A stretch of DNA of 64,000 bases from Thermoplasmata archaeon (GTDB taxonomy: Archaea > Thermoplasmatota > Thermoplasmata > Lutacidiplasmatales > UBA184): the NCBI GenBank assembly GCA_022750335.1, contig JAKIVX010000002.1, positions 53,442-117,441 on the forward strand, read 5' to 3'. How positions within the stretch are numbered: the stretch's first letter is position 1; the number at the start of each line of letters is the position of its first letter. Positions 27,254 through 38,092 of the stretch are shown here, in pieces. The notes beneath the pieces are model-generated. The model was given only the letters and a program-made list of their open reading frames with translations. It ran no database searches and was not told the DNA's origin. The translations under genes and the position numbers were made by a program.

Positions 27254-28037
27254 ATCCGACGCGACTCCCCCCACCGGACGCGACCGTAGGAACCGTCCAT
27301 CGGACCTCTCCGATCTCGGCCGTCGACCGGACGTGGGTCCCCCCACACGGGCACGAATCCTCCCCGTCGACCTCGATGACCCGCACCGGATCGACGTGGG
27401 GCGGAAGTGGAACGAGGCCGGAGCGGCCGGCGACAGGGAGCGCGTCCCACTCGGCCCGCGGCACGTGGCGGATCCTCACCGACCGAGGCCGCCGGACGAT
27501 CTCGACCAGGTCCAATTGGATCAATTCCAGGGCGGGCGTACGTACCTCCCCCTCCAGGTCGATGGTCGCCTCCATGCCGCGGAGCACGGCTTTGCGCGTC
27601 CGAAGACCGGTTCGTTCGAACGTTCGGGCGCTCAGCAGGTGCTGACCGGTGTGCAGTCGCATGTGCTGATGCCGTCGGTCCCAATCCACGAGACCCTCCA
27701 CCTCGGCGCCGAGGGGGAAGGAAGACCGCTGGCCCGGGAGAGCCCGAGTCCGGTGGAGGACGGCCGGCCCGCTCTTGGTTACATCGACGACCGGAACCGT
27801 CGTGTCGCCCTGACGGAGGGTTCCATGGTCGGCCGGTTGGCCCCCTCCGGCCGGGTAGAAGTACGTACGGTCAAGGACGAGGCCACCGGGCGGGAGCGCC
27901 ACGACTCGCGCACGGAACGACCGGACATACGCCGACGCCATGTCGGCGAGGTAGGCGAGTTCGGTCACGTCCGACGAACCTTCTGCAGGGAATAACCGCT
28001 CGCGCGTCGCCGCGGGCCCCGTTCGGACCCGATTCAA
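27213..28037 (-). CDS. alaX: Alanyl-tRNA synthetase editing-domain homolog (AlaX-M type trans-editing protein)
   Basis: HxxxH zinc motif ...HTGQHLLS... and CxxxH motif ...CPCGGTHV... with spacing typical of AlaX. About 270 aa. Confidence 0.7.
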   Translation of the reverse strand: MNRVRTGPAATRERLFPAEGSSDVTELAYLADMASAYVRSFRARVVALPPGGLVLDRTYFYPAGGGQPADHGTLRQGDTTVPVVDVTKSGPAVLHRTRALPGQRSSFPLGAEVEGLVDWDRRHQHMRLHTGQHLLSARTFERTGLRTRKAVLRGMEATIDLEGEVRTPALELIQLDLVEIVRRPRSVRIRHVPRAEWDALPVAGRSGLVPLPPHVDPVRVIEVDGEDSCPCGGTHVRSTAEIGEVRWTVPTVASGGGSRVGFTLARPGATTPPE

Positions 28038-28144
28038 TACTCGGGGAACCGTGAAGAGCGGCGTCCCTTAGAGTCGGATGGACGGGCCCCGGCCGCCCGC
28101 CTGCGAGGGCCTTTCACCGAGAGGGCGAAGGCGCGCTCAGGGAA

Positions 28145-28156
28145 CCTTTTTAGATA
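28145..28156 (+). promoter_or_regulatory. TATA-like box (CCTTTTTAGATA) about 30 nt upstream of the PCNA start
   Basis: AT-rich element with typical spacing for a leaderless archaeal mRNA. Confidence 0.4.
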
Positions 28157-28184
28157 GGACCGATGTCAGGCGCCGAGGCTTACG

Positions 28185-28913
28185 ATGTTCAAGGTTCGCA
28201 TCAAGATGGAGAACCTCCGCGAGGTCGTCGAGGTTGTCTCCACGCTCGTCACCGAGGTCAAGCTTTCTGTCTCGAAGGAAGGGCTCGAGGCCAAGGCGGT
28301 GGACCCGTCCCATGTCGCGATGTTGGTCCTCAAGCTTAACAAGGGGATCTTCGAGGAGTTCACCGGAGAACCGACCGAAGTCGGGGTGGACATCGACAAG
28401 CTGAAGGAAGTGTTGCGGCTCTCCAAACCCGGGGACATCATCGAACTCCAGTTCGACGGCAAGCGCCTCATCGCGTCCGTCGGGAGGCTCACTCGGCAGA
28501 TGGCCGTGGTCGACCCGGCCGGCATCACCGACCCCAAGGTCCCGAACGTCACCCCTCCCGCGAGCGTCACGGTGAAGATGGAGGACCTCCGCCAGGGAAT
28601 CCGGGGCAGTGAGAGCTTCACCGACCACGTCACCCTGAGCGTCGACCCCGAGGCCTTCACGATGCATTCCGAAGGAGACACCGACCGGCTCGACCTGCGT
28701 CTCCCCAAGGACGCCTTGAGCAAGCTCGAGGTCAAGGAAGCGGTGAAGAGCATGTATCCGCTCGACTTCTTCTCGGCGATGGTCAAGGCGATCACCGCCG
28801 AGGAAGCGACGCTCCACGTCGGGAACGAGTACCCGCTCAAGATCGAATTCTCGATGGGCACGGGTCGCGGCGAAGGGCGCTACCTCCTCGCACCGCGGGT
28901 CGAAGAGGATTAG
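28185..28913 (+). CDS. pcn: DNA polymerase sliding clamp PCNA
   Basis: MFKVRIKMENLREVVEVVSTLVTEVKLSVSKEGLEAKAVDPSHVAMLVLK... is the canonical archaeal PCNA N-terminus. Length 242 aa. A TTTTTAGATA box sits about 30 nt upstream. Confidence 0.9.
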   Translation: MFKVRIKMENLREVVEVVSTLVTEVKLSVSKEGLEAKAVDPSHVAMLVLKLNKGIFEEFTGEPTEVGVDIDKLKEVLRLSKPGDIIELQFDGKRLIASVGRLTRQMAVVDPAGITDPKVPNVTPPASVTVKMEDLRQGIRGSESFTDHVTLSVDPEAFTMHSEGDTDRLDLRLPKDALSKLEVKEAVKSMYPLDFFSAMVKAITAEEATLHVGNEYPLKIEFSMGTGRGEGRYLLAPRVEED

Positions 28914-28984
28914 GACGATTCACGCGGGCCGCCCCGCCTGAAACCGCCCGCAGACCTCTTAATCGGCGTCCCGGTGTTCTACCG

Positions 28985-30190
28985 ATGTCCTCCCCTCCTG
29001 AGCACGCCGTCGCGATCCTTTCCGCCGTCCGAACTCCGATTGGCGCCTACGGGGGAGCGCTGCGGACCGTTCCGGCGACCGCCCTCGGGACCCTCGTCGC
29101 GACCGCCGCGATCGAACGGGCGGGGCTCGCTCCCGCCGAGGTCGAGGAGGTTCTCTTCGGGATGGCCATCCAGGCCGGAGCCGGCCAGAACCCGGGACGA
29201 CAGGTGCTCCGCGGGGCCCACATCCCGGATCCCGTGGGCGGGGCGACCATCAACATGGTATGCGGTTCGGGGATGAAGGCCCTGCACCTCGGATACGCGG
29301 TCATCCGCGCGGGCCTCTTCGACCGGGTCCTGGTCGGCGGGATGGAGTCGATGTCGAGCGCCCCCTACTTGCTTCCCGGTGCGATGCGCTGGGCCCACCC
29401 ACCGGGACCCTACACGCTCGATGACGCCATGCAACGGGATTCACTCATCGACGCCTACGAGGGCCACGAGTTGATGGGGCTCACGGGCGAGCGGATCGCC
29501 CATAAATTCCATCTCACCCGCGCCGAGATCGACGCCTTCGGCCTTCGGAGCCACTTGCGGGCGTCGGCCGCCGTGCGCGATGCCACGTTCGACCCGGAGA
29601 TGGTCCCCGTGCCGCGGGAGCTCGTGCCGGGCCTGGAAGGACTCGCTCGGGATGAGAGTCCTCGGGCCGATACCACTCTGGAGAAGCTGGCTCGCTTGAA
29701 ACCTGCGTTCGCCGCGGACGGATTGCTCACCGCGGGTACCACCTCTCGCCTCTCGGACGGGGGCTCCGCCTTGGTGCTGGCGAGCGCGGCCGAGGTCCAC
29801 CGTCGGGGCGCCAAGCCGCTCGCGTGGGTCCATTCCCTCGCCGAGAGCGGGGTCCATCCGCGGGATGTCATGGAATCCCCGATCCCGACCGTGAAGCGCC
29901 ACCTCGAACGGACGGGACTCCGCCCCTCCGACTTCGACCGGGTCGAACACAACGAGGCCTACGCCTCCGCCTCGCTGGCCGTCCAGCGCACGTTCGGGTT
30001 CACGGAGGAGCAGTTCAACGTACACGGAGGGGCCATCGCGCTCGGCCACCCCATCGGGGCGAGCGGCGCACGGATCGTGACCACGCTCGTCCACGAGCTT
30101 GTCCGCTCCGGAAAATCCCTCGGACTCGCAACCCTGTGCATGGGAGGCGGCAACGGGCTTTCCCTGGCCGTCGACCGTGAGGGTCTCTAG
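28985..30190 (+). CDS. Acetyl-CoA C-acetyltransferase (thiolase II)
   Basis: ...NMVCGSGMKAL... active-site Cys, ...GHPIGASGARI..., and C-terminal ...CMGGGNGLSLAV... motifs. Confidence 0.9.
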   Translation: MSSPPEHAVAILSAVRTPIGAYGGALRTVPATALGTLVATAAIERAGLAPAEVEEVLFGMAIQAGAGQNPGRQVLRGAHIPDPVGGATINMVCGSGMKALHLGYAVIRAGLFDRVLVGGMESMSSAPYLLPGAMRWAHPPGPYTLDDAMQRDSLIDAYEGHELMGLTGERIAHKFHLTRAEIDAFGLRSHLRASAAVRDATFDPEMVPVPRELVPGLEGLARDESPRADTTLEKLARLKPAFAADGLLTAGTTSRLSDGGSALVLASAAEVHRRGAKPLAWVHSLAESGVHPRDVMESPIPTVKRHLERTGLRPSDFDRVEHNEAYASASLAVQRTFGFTEEQFNVHGGAIALGHPIGASGARIVTTLVHELVRSGKSLGLATLCMGGGNGLSLAVDREGL

Positions 30191-30274
30191 ACGCGGCCCA
30201 CTTCGCGGCGCGCCGGGCGCGTTCCCGCCGGCCTCTTCGCAAGCGTTAACAACCCGACGATTGGTCCCCCGCCG

Positions 30275-31027
30275 ATGACGTGGACCTCGAGTCAGAAGTA
30301 CCTCGCCGAATTCCTCGGAACGTTCGGATTGCTGGCCTCCGTCGGGGGAGCCGCGGTCTTCTCGGGATTGATTTCGGCAGGCCTGCTCGACAGCTCGCGC
30401 ACGATCCTGATCGCCGCCGCCCTCGGCTTTGGTGTCCTCGGGATGGCGTATGCATTCGGAGACATTTCCGGCGGCCATTTCAACCCCGCCATCACCATCG
30501 GCTTCTGGGCCTCGGGCCGCTTCCCTGCCCGGGAGGTCGTGCCCTACATCGTCGCCCAGGTCCTCGGGGGAATCACCGCGATGGGGATCATCGCGGGGAT
30601 CGCCTACGGAGGCCCGACCGGCTTCTTCTCCTCGGTCCAGGCCGGCGCCCTCGCCTCGCAGGGATACACGGGAAACGGGAGCGGGTACCTATACAGCGCC
30701 ACCGCGGTCTTCCTCCTCGAAGTGCTGTTCACCTTCTTCCTCGTCGCCGTCGCGTTGTTCGTCACCCGCGCCGAGAATACTTCGAAGAACATCGCTGCGA
30801 TCGCGATCACCATGACCCTGTTCATGACCAACCTGGTCGCGATCCCGGTCGACGGAGCCTCGATCAACCCCGCCCGTAGTTTCGCGCCCGCGATCCTCTC
30901 GGCGTTCTGGCCGTCCGGACAGTGGGCGATCAAGGAGGACTGGATCTTCTGGGTCGCACCCATCGTCGGCGGGCTCATCGCGGCGTTCGTCGAGCGCGCC
31001 CTCCGACCGCGGGGCCACCCGACTTAA
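30275..31027 (+). CDS. Aquaporin / MIP family channel
   Basis: Two NPA boxes, ...GGHFNPAITIG... and ...SINPARSF..., across six TM helices. Confidence 0.9.
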   Translation: MTWTSSQKYLAEFLGTFGLLASVGGAAVFSGLISAGLLDSSRTILIAAALGFGVLGMAYAFGDISGGHFNPAITIGFWASGRFPAREVVPYIVAQVLGGITAMGIIAGIAYGGPTGFFSSVQAGALASQGYTGNGSGYLYSATAVFLLEVLFTFFLVAVALFVTRAENTSKNIAAIAITMTLFMTNLVAIPVDGASINPARSFAPAILSAFWPSGQWAIKEDWIFWVAPIVGGLIAAFVERALRPRGHPT

Positions 31028-31046
31028 ACGGGGCCCCGCCGTCGCG

Positions 31047-31460
31047 CTAGACCCCGAGGGCCACATGGCCCTCGGGGCTGAACAGACGGTCGGATCGGTC
31101 CGCCGGCCCGTAGTAATGGACCAGTCCCGGACCGCTCGTTCGGGCCCATTCGATCCCCTGCTCCTTGAAAGTCGGGGGCTCCGCGCCCACCTCGATGACC
31201 ATCTCGATCAGATGCGGCGGGGCCGTGATCCCGTCCCGGGCGATCCGGAGCGAATCGTTGGCTTCGTCGAGAACGACCCAGGACAGTGGCACGACCAGGT
31301 GGAGGCGGAGCAGCCGGGGGCGGAACTGGCTCTCGCTTTCCGTTTCGGTCCGAGAGAACACGGCGTACTCCTCCGCCTCGAACGTCGCCAATCGATCGAA
31401 CTGAAAGGATCGCTGCCGGAACTCGAGGACGTTGATCTCGAGGTCGGACGCGGTGAGCAC
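31047..31460 (-). CDS. Hypothetical protein
   Basis: 137 aa ORF with reasonable codon usage. No recognised motifs. Confidence 0.3.
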   Translation of the reverse strand: MLTASDLEINVLEFRQRSFQFDRLATFEAEEYAVFSRTETESESQFRPRLLRLHLVVPLSWVVLDEANDSLRIARDGITAPPHLIEMVIEVGAEPPTFKEQGIEWARTSGPGLVHYYGPADRSDRLFSPEGHVALGV

Positions 31461-31535
31461 ACGGCGCTCAGCCGGGCCGTCTAGATAACGTCCGGGGCGT
31501 TCGTCCGATAGAAGAGGTCGCCACCTCGGGGGAAC

Positions 31536-31546
31536 CCTAATAAACC
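31536..31546 (+). promoter_or_regulatory. TATA-like box (CCCTAATAAACC) about 28 nt upstream of the L41e ORF
   Basis: Supports expression of the tiny L41e ORF as a leaderless transcript. Confidence 0.35.
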
Positions 31547-31569
31547 GTTACCCCTCCCCCCGCCGTCCT

Positions 31570-31677
31570 GTGAAACGCTCCTCGAGGGTCTGGAAGAAGC
31601 GCGGCCACATGCGGTGGAAGTGGCGCAAGAAGCGGATGCGGAGACGCATGCGCGCCCAGAAGATGCGAAAGCGCTAA
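31570..31677 (+). CDS. rpl41e: Ribosomal protein L41e (very small basic protein); alternative ATG start at 31609
   Basis: Not in the ORF track because it is shorter than 60 aa. [35 protein letters not shown] contains [23 protein letters not shown], which closely matches eukaryotic/archaeal L41 ([25 protein letters not shown]). A CCCTAATAAACC TATA-like box sits about 28 nt upstream. Confidence 0.5.
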   Translation: [35 protein letters not shown]

Positions 31678-31765
31678 CGCGCTTCGTGTTGCGGATTCCA
31701 ACCTCTTCCGTCCCGGCCCTCCCTGGGTTCGGGACACGACCTGCAGGAATCAGGTCGGTATCGAC

Positions 31766-31983
31766 TTACCACGTGATGCGGTCGAGTTTCCGCGCGAGCT
31801 TTGTCGTCTTTTTCCACTCCCGGTAATGGTCCCGGCAGAGCGGGGCCCGTCGCCCCTTGTCCGGGAGCCGGTCGAACGCCTTTCGAGCTTCCGCGAGAGC
31901 CAGGTGTCGGACGGAGGGGGCCCCGCAGCCGGGCACGACGCAGGGTTCCTCGACCTCGGGTTCGTGCGAGGGACCGGGGGGCG

Positions 31984-31987
<4 letters not shown>
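31766..31987 (-). CDS. Possible small Cys-containing protein translationally coupled to sucD (hypothetical)
   Basis: The GTG start overlaps the sucD stop (GTGA). 73 aa ...[45 protein letters not shown].... No known family. Confidence 0.25.
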
Positions 31988-32864
<877 letters not shown>

Positions 32865-32868
<4 letters not shown>

Positions 32869-34001
32869 GCCGAACCTCCGGCGGCGGCCGCGACCACGGC
32901 CTGGGCGGATTCCTTCAGCTGGGGGATGGATGTGACTCCGGCGGCGCGAAGGATCTCGATCCCTTCCTTCTCGTTGTTGCCCCGGATCCGGGCGACGAGC
33001 GGAAACCGTTCGTTCGCGGGGACCTGACCCATCGCGTCGACCAGGCCCTTTGCGACCGTATCGCACCGCGTGACCCCACCGAAGATGTTGAGGAAGACCG
33101 CTTTCGGTTTCGCTCGGGCCATGAGGAGGAACGCCTCCGTAACCTTGCGGGGGTCGTCGGTGCCGCCGAGGTCGAGAAAGACCCCGGGGCTGCCTCCGAA
33201 CTCCTTGAGGACATCGAGCGTGGCCATCGTGAGCCCGGCCCCGTTCGCGATCACGCCGATGTTCCCGTCGAGCTGGACGAATGCGATGTCCTTCTCCCGC
33301 GCGATCTCCTCGAGCGGCGTCCGGTCGTCCCGGAGGGCGGCGTACTCGGGGTGGCGGAAGTTCGCGTCGTCCTCGATGATGACCTTCGCGTCGAGGGCCA
33401 CTAATCCGTCCCCCACGACCGCCAGCGGGTTGATCTCGACCAGTTCCGCATCCTCGGCCTGGAACAGTCGCCAGAGGGACTCGAGCAGGCGGTCCAGCGA
33501 TCGGGCCGGGCCGCCGGTAAGTCCGAGCACCTTCGCGACCCGCCGCTTCTCGAACGACGTCAGTCCGGGGAACGGGTCGACGTGCTGACGGTCGATCTCG
33601 GCGTCGTCGACCGACTCGATCTCGACCCCGCCGTGACCGCTGGTGATCAGTACCGGAAGACGCGCGCTTCGGTCGAGTGTGATCGAAAGGTAGAGCTCCC
33701 TCGAGAGGGACAGTTTCTCCTCGAGAAGCACCTCTTTGACACGCTCTCCTTTGAACTCGAGCCCGAGGATCGCCTCGGCGGCGGTCCGAGCCTCAGCCGC
33801 GGTCGCGGCGAATCGGACCGCACCACCCTTTCCGCGACCGCCGGCCAGGACCTGGGCCTTGACCACGCACGGAAGCGGGACGGTACCGTCGAGTACGAGG
33901 GCCCCGGCCTCCGCCGCCGAGCGTGCCACCGCTCCCTTCGGGAGAGGGACCCCGTACTTCCGAAAGACCTCTTTGCCCCGCCACTCCGCCAGTTTGACCA
34001 C
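32865..34001 (-). CDS. sucC: Succinyl-CoA synthetase beta subunit (ADP-forming)
   Basis: ATP-grasp N-terminal domain ...[15 protein letters not shown]..., C-terminal ligase-CoA domain, 378 aa. Confidence 0.9.
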
Positions 34002-34039
34002 GCCGCAGCACCCCTCGGCGCGCCGAGCCGGGCGGTCTA

Positions 34040-35404
34040 TTAAGGCCGACGGGGAGGACGTCGCCGAGCGCCGCCGCCGCCGCGCCGACGCGCGGGACCT
34101 CGGGAGCTGACCCCGGAACTGGAACGGGAGGCAGTCCCCGTCGCCGCGTGCGTCACGTTCGCGATCTCGCGGCCCAGGTCATCGAGGAGCTTGCCCGCGA
34201 CGTCCGGTTTTGGCCCGCGGATCCATTGCCCCCTTCCCACGCCCGAGAGCACGATCACGCTCGTGTCGCTCGCTCCCATCGCGCTGACATCATTGGCGAC
34301 GACCCAATCCGCTCCGGTCTCGGTCCGCAATCGCTCGCCTTCGGCCTCGAGCTGTTCGGGAGTCGCTCCCGTTTCGAGCTTGAACCCGACCAGGCGGGTC
34401 GGTCGGGGGGCGAGGCTCCGCAACGTCGGCAACACCTTCGGGGCCCGCCGCAGGGCCAAGGTGAGCACGGCATGGTCGCGGGAGGCGATCTTTCCGCTCC
34501 GAGGCTCGAGCGTGAAGTCGGACAGCGCCGCTGGCACCAGGATCGCGGCCGCGCGGGCCAGATCGGCCCGCCGTAGTCGGGCCAGTGCGATCAGGTCCTC
34601 GACCCCCTGCCAGCGGACCAGAGGGAGCCAGGCTGGCGGGGTCACCTGGAGGGCTCCCGCCCAGAACTCCACCTCCGCGCCCCGGAAGTATGCTTGCGTC
34701 GCGAGGGCGACCGCCATCGTCCCGGAACTCTCGTTCGTCAGCGATCGCACCGCGTCGATCTTCTCGCGCGACGCGCCCCCGATCACGATGAGACGTCGTT
34801 GGGCCCAGGGTCCGCTCGCGAGGCGGTGAAGGACCGCTGCGGCGACCTCCTCGGGTGTCGCGATCTTCTCCTCCCCCTCGGTCGAGGCCCCGTGAAGGAC
34901 GGCGACGCCCCACGATCGAAGCCGCTCCAGATTCTCCCGGACGGCCGGATTGAGGCCCATGTGCGAGTGCATCGCGGGCGCGATGAGGAGCGGAACGCCC
35001 CCGCCGAGGGCGACCGAGGCGAACGAGGTCACGGCGGTGTCGTCGATCCCCTGGGCGATCTTGGAGATGGTGTTCGCCGTCGCCGGAGCGATGAGCATGA
35101 GGTCCGCCCGGTCGTCTCCGGGTCCGAGGAAAGTGACGTGTTCGACGTTGCCCGTGAGCTGGAGGACGGGCGGGTGACCGGTCGCGAACTCGACCGCCTC
35201 GGGGGTGATGATCCGCGTCGCCTCAGGGCTCATCACCGCGCGGACCTCGGCACCATGCCGGAGCAACTCTCGGATGATCCGAGGTACCTCCACTGCGGCG
35301 ATGGAACCCGAGATGCCCACGATGATCCGTTTCCCCTCCAACAGGCGGGTGGTACGACCGCGAATTGCTCGACTGGGGTGCACGGCTCCTCCCACGGGCG
35401 CCAC
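34040..35404 (-). CDS. coaBC: Bifunctional phosphopantothenoylcysteine decarboxylase / phosphopantothenate-cysteine ligase (CoaBC/Dfp)
   Basis: N-terminal flavoprotein domain ...GKRIIVGISGSIAAVEVPRI...PAMH..., C-terminal DFP (CoaB) domain ...VANDVS.... Gly/Arg-rich low-complexity C-terminal tail. Confidence 0.85.
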   Translation of the reverse strand: MAPVGGAVHPSRAIRGRTTRLLEGKRIIVGISGSIAAVEVPRIIRELLRHGAEVRAVMSPEATRIITPEAVEFATGHPPVLQLTGNVEHVTFLGPGDDRADLMLIAPATANTISKIAQGIDDTAVTSFASVALGGGVPLLIAPAMHSHMGLNPAVRENLERLRSWGVAVLHGASTEGEEKIATPEEVAAAVLHRLASGPWAQRRLIVIGGASREKIDAVRSLTNESSGTMAVALATQAYFRGAEVEFWAGALQVTPPAWLPLVRWQGVEDLIALARLRRADLARAAAILVPAALSDFTLEPRSGKIASRDHAVLTLALRRAPKVLPTLRSLAPRPTRLVGFKLETGATPEQLEAEGERLRTETGADWVVANDVSAMGASDTSVIVLSGVGRGQWIRGPKPDVAGKLLDDLGREIANVTHAATGTASRSSSGVSSRGPARRRGGGGARRRPPRRP

Positions 35405-35469
35405 CGGGCAGAAGTATTAGGTCCTCCCGTCGGAGGCTCCCTTAAGGAGCCAGTACCTCTCCACGCGCG

Positions 35470-36345
35470 ATGAGCTCAGGAGCGACCGGGGGCGGAGAGC
35501 CCCCGCGAAAGGCCGATGTCGGTGGGGATCCTGCGCCGACGGGCACCGAGTTGCCGGTTCTCACGGCGACGAGCCAGTTCGCGGAGATCGGGCGACAGAC
35601 GGGGCGGTCTCGGGAGATCGTCGCTCCCAAGACTGTGGAGAGAGGTGTGGTCGTTTTCGACCTCGACGGGACCATCCTCGACGATCTCGGATTGATCTGC
35701 ACGGTCGCGGCCGACGTCTTCGAGAAGGCGTTCGGCACGCCGGCCGCGGAGGGTCGGGTCCATTACCTCGCGACCACGGGCATGCCGTTCGAAGCGCAGC
35801 TCTCCCAACTCTACCCCGAAGCCCCCGCGGAACTTCGGGCGTCCACGGCGCGTACGTTCCATCAGCGCAAGGTGACGGAGGCGTACGCCAAGGCGAAGCC
35901 GTTCCCGGAGATCCCGAAACTACTGAAGCGCGTGGACCAGGAGCACTGGACGATGGTCATCTCCACCGGCGCGGAGACCGAGATGGCCGAACTCATCCTC
36001 GAACGGGAAGGGCTACGGTACTGGTTCGAGGAAGTCCTCGGTTCCGCCGACGGGACCAAGCGGGAGCATCTCGCGGAGTATGCCCGGCGCTATCCCGGGG
36101 CCCCGATGTTCATGGTCGGTGATTCCCGGTTCGACATGGAGGCCGCCCAGTCGGTCCCGGGAGTCCGAGCGATTGGCCGCGCTTCGTCGGTGCGCGGCTG
36201 GACCCTCACGCCGGCGGACCTCGCCCAATGGGGGGCTGTTTGGGCCGACTACTCTCTCTCGGAGCTGCCCGAAGTGCTCGCCGGGCTCACCGCAAAGAAG
36301 GGTCGCGCCCGCGGGCCGGCGAGCGCTCCTCGACAGCGTCGGTAG
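35470..36345 (+). CDS. HAD-superfamily hydrolase
   Basis: Motif I VVFDLDGTILD and motif IV ...VGDSRFDMEAA.... Gly/Pro-rich N-terminal tail. Confidence 0.65.
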   Translation: MSSGATGGGEPPRKADVGGDPAPTGTELPVLTATSQFAEIGRQTGRSREIVAPKTVERGVVVFDLDGTILDDLGLICTVAADVFEKAFGTPAAEGRVHYLATTGMPFEAQLSQLYPEAPAELRASTARTFHQRKVTEAYAKAKPFPEIPKLLKRVDQEHWTMVISTGAETEMAELILEREGLRYWFEEVLGSADGTKREHLAEYARRYPGAPMFMVGDSRFDMEAAQSVPGVRAIGRASSVRGWTLTPADLAQWGAVWADYSLSELPEVLAGLTAKKGRARGPASAPRQRR

Positions 36346-36517
36346 GGCCGGGACCGAGAGTCTCAAGGCGCGGGGGAGGGCCCCGCGCCTCTTTGAACCC
36401 GGGTCGAGGGATCCACAGTCCCCCAGGATAGGCCAAGCTACCCCATCCCGGCCACGTCGATTGGACGGCGTGCTCTCAAGAAAAGGTTTCCCTCGCGCGG
36501 ACGCCCGACCTCTGAGG

Positions 36518-36775
36518 TCACGGGGGGCGAGTTCGCCCGTCCGGGAGGTCTTCCCGCGCGTCCCGGCCTGAACGGGCCTGCGATGATGCACGTTCTCGGG
36601 CCTCGGCCCCGGCGACGTAGAGGAAGAACGACCCCAGCACGAGAGCAAAGGCGACCGCCAGGTAGGAGGACGAGAACTCGACCCCGGCTCCGGCCCAGAC
36701 CAACCCCACCGCGAAGGCGAGCCCCAGGCCGATCGTGAGGGCCCCGCCGATCCAGAACGTCTTCTCCCGCGTCAT
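36518..36775 (-). CDS. Small membrane protein (2 TM), hypothetical
   Basis: MTREKTFWIGGALTIGLGLAFAVGLVWAGAGVEF...AVAFALVLGSFFLYVAGAEARE.... The internal ATG is taken as the start. Confidence 0.3.
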   Translation of the reverse strand: MTREKTFWIGGALTIGLGLAFAVGLVWAGAGVEFSSSYLAVAFALVLGSFFLYVAGAEARERASSQARSGRDAREDLPDGRTRPP

Positions 36776-36813
36776 CGCGAAGCCGGATCCCGGGAGGTTC
36801 CGGGGTCGTCCTC

Positions 36814-37572
36814 CTACTTGTAGGCCCAGACGACGGCCTGACCGAAGAACCGCCAGGGAACGCCGACGTGGGCAAATCCCGCTTTTGCGAGCGCGGCCGT
36901 CTCGGCCGCCACCGTGCTCGGACGGTCGAACTGTTCGTGGTCGTGCCAAACCTGCTGGAGCCGGGCCCACTCGACGCCTCCCCGAGGCGAGCGCTGCGCG
37001 GCGGTGGCGATCTGAGAGTACCGCTGGTCGAAGAGAGGATCCTCGGGGAGGTGATCGTCGGCGTCACCGAAGTAACCTCCGCGCGGGAGGGCTCGGAAGA
37101 TCCGGCGGAACAACTTCCACTTCTCCGGGTCCGCAAGGTGGTGGATCGCGAGCGCGGAGACGACCGCATCGTAGGGCCGATCGGCGAACTGGCCCAGGTC
37201 GCCGTCGACGAGCTCGACCCGGCCACGGAACGGTCGCAGCTTCGTCCGCGCGCGCGCGATCATCCCGGGGGAAAGGTCGATCCCCGTTACGTGCGCGTGG
37301 GGGAACTGCTCGAGGAGAAGGGCTGTCAACGTGCCGGTGCCGACCCCAAGTTCGAGCACCCGAAATTCACGGGTGGGGGAGTACGGGATCCCGCCGAGGA
37401 GGGTGCGATGCAGGTCCGTGTACCCGGGCATCGAGGCCCGAGCCGTACGATCGTACGCCGGTGCTTCGCGGTCGAATTCCCGGCGAAGTGCCGGCCCCTT
37501 CCGGGTCGGAGCCATCGTGGGGTCCAACGGAACGAGGACATAGAGCTTCGGGGCGGCCGACCCCCCCGCCAA
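36814..37572 (-). CDS. Class I SAM-dependent methyltransferase (type 11/12)
   Basis: ...VLELGVGTGTLT... motif I, ...AVVSALAIHHL.... Possible later start at MAPTRKG (37515). Confidence 0.65.
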   Translation of the reverse strand: MAGGSAAPKLYVLVPLDPTMAPTRKGPALRREFDREAPAYDRTARASMPGYTDLHRTLLGGIPYSPTREFRVLELGVGTGTLTALLLEQFPHAHVTGIDLSPGMIARARTKLRPFRGRVELVDGDLGQFADRPYDAVVSALAIHHLADPEKWKLFRRIFRALPRGGYFGDADDHLPEDPLFDQRYSQIATAAQRSPRGGVEWARLQQVWHDHEQFDRPSTVAAETAALAKAGFAHVGVPWRFFGQAVVWAYK

Positions 37573-37635
37573 ACCTAAGCCCAGCGCCCCCTTCGTGCCC
37601 TAGGGCGGACCGATTGGTCCCGAAGAGCGCGGAAC

Positions 37636-38001
37636 ATGTCGGGAGGAGGGGGTCGGGGTCTCGCGCTCGGGCTCGGAATTCTGGGAGCGATCCTGATCGT
37701 CCTCGAAGGACTGGTCGACGCGGCCCGCGGGGTGGTCTTCCTCGCCTTTGGGCACGCCGGCTTCGCCGTCGGAGCCTGGTCGCAGAGCGTGCTGTTCATC
37801 TTGCTCGGATTCGTCCTCCTGGTCGTGGTCGTGTACGGACGGGCCGCACGACCCGACGGGAGTCGGGCCGCGGGGCTGGTCCTCGTCATCATCCCGCTCC
37901 TCGGGTTCGTCCTGTTCGGGTTCCTTGCGGGCATCCTGGTACTACTGGGTGCGGTCCTTGTGCTGGCCGCCGGGATACTGTACTTGACGGCCGGCTCGTA
38001 G
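37636..38001 (+). CDS. Integral membrane protein (4 TM), hypothetical
   Basis: Highly hydrophobic 121-aa protein with Gly-rich helices. Confidence 0.4.
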   Translation: MSGGGGRGLALGLGILGAILIVLEGLVDAARGVVFLAFGHAGFAVGAWSQSVLFILLGFVLLVVVVYGRAARPDGSRAAGLVLVIIPLLGFVLFGFLAGILVLLGAVLVLAAGILYLTAGS

Positions 38002-38092
38002 AGCGACCGGACCGGAACCCGGACACTCCGCGAGCGACGGGGATTCGGTGCGGCTCACGTCGGAACGGGTTGGGTCTCCGGCAGGACGGGTC

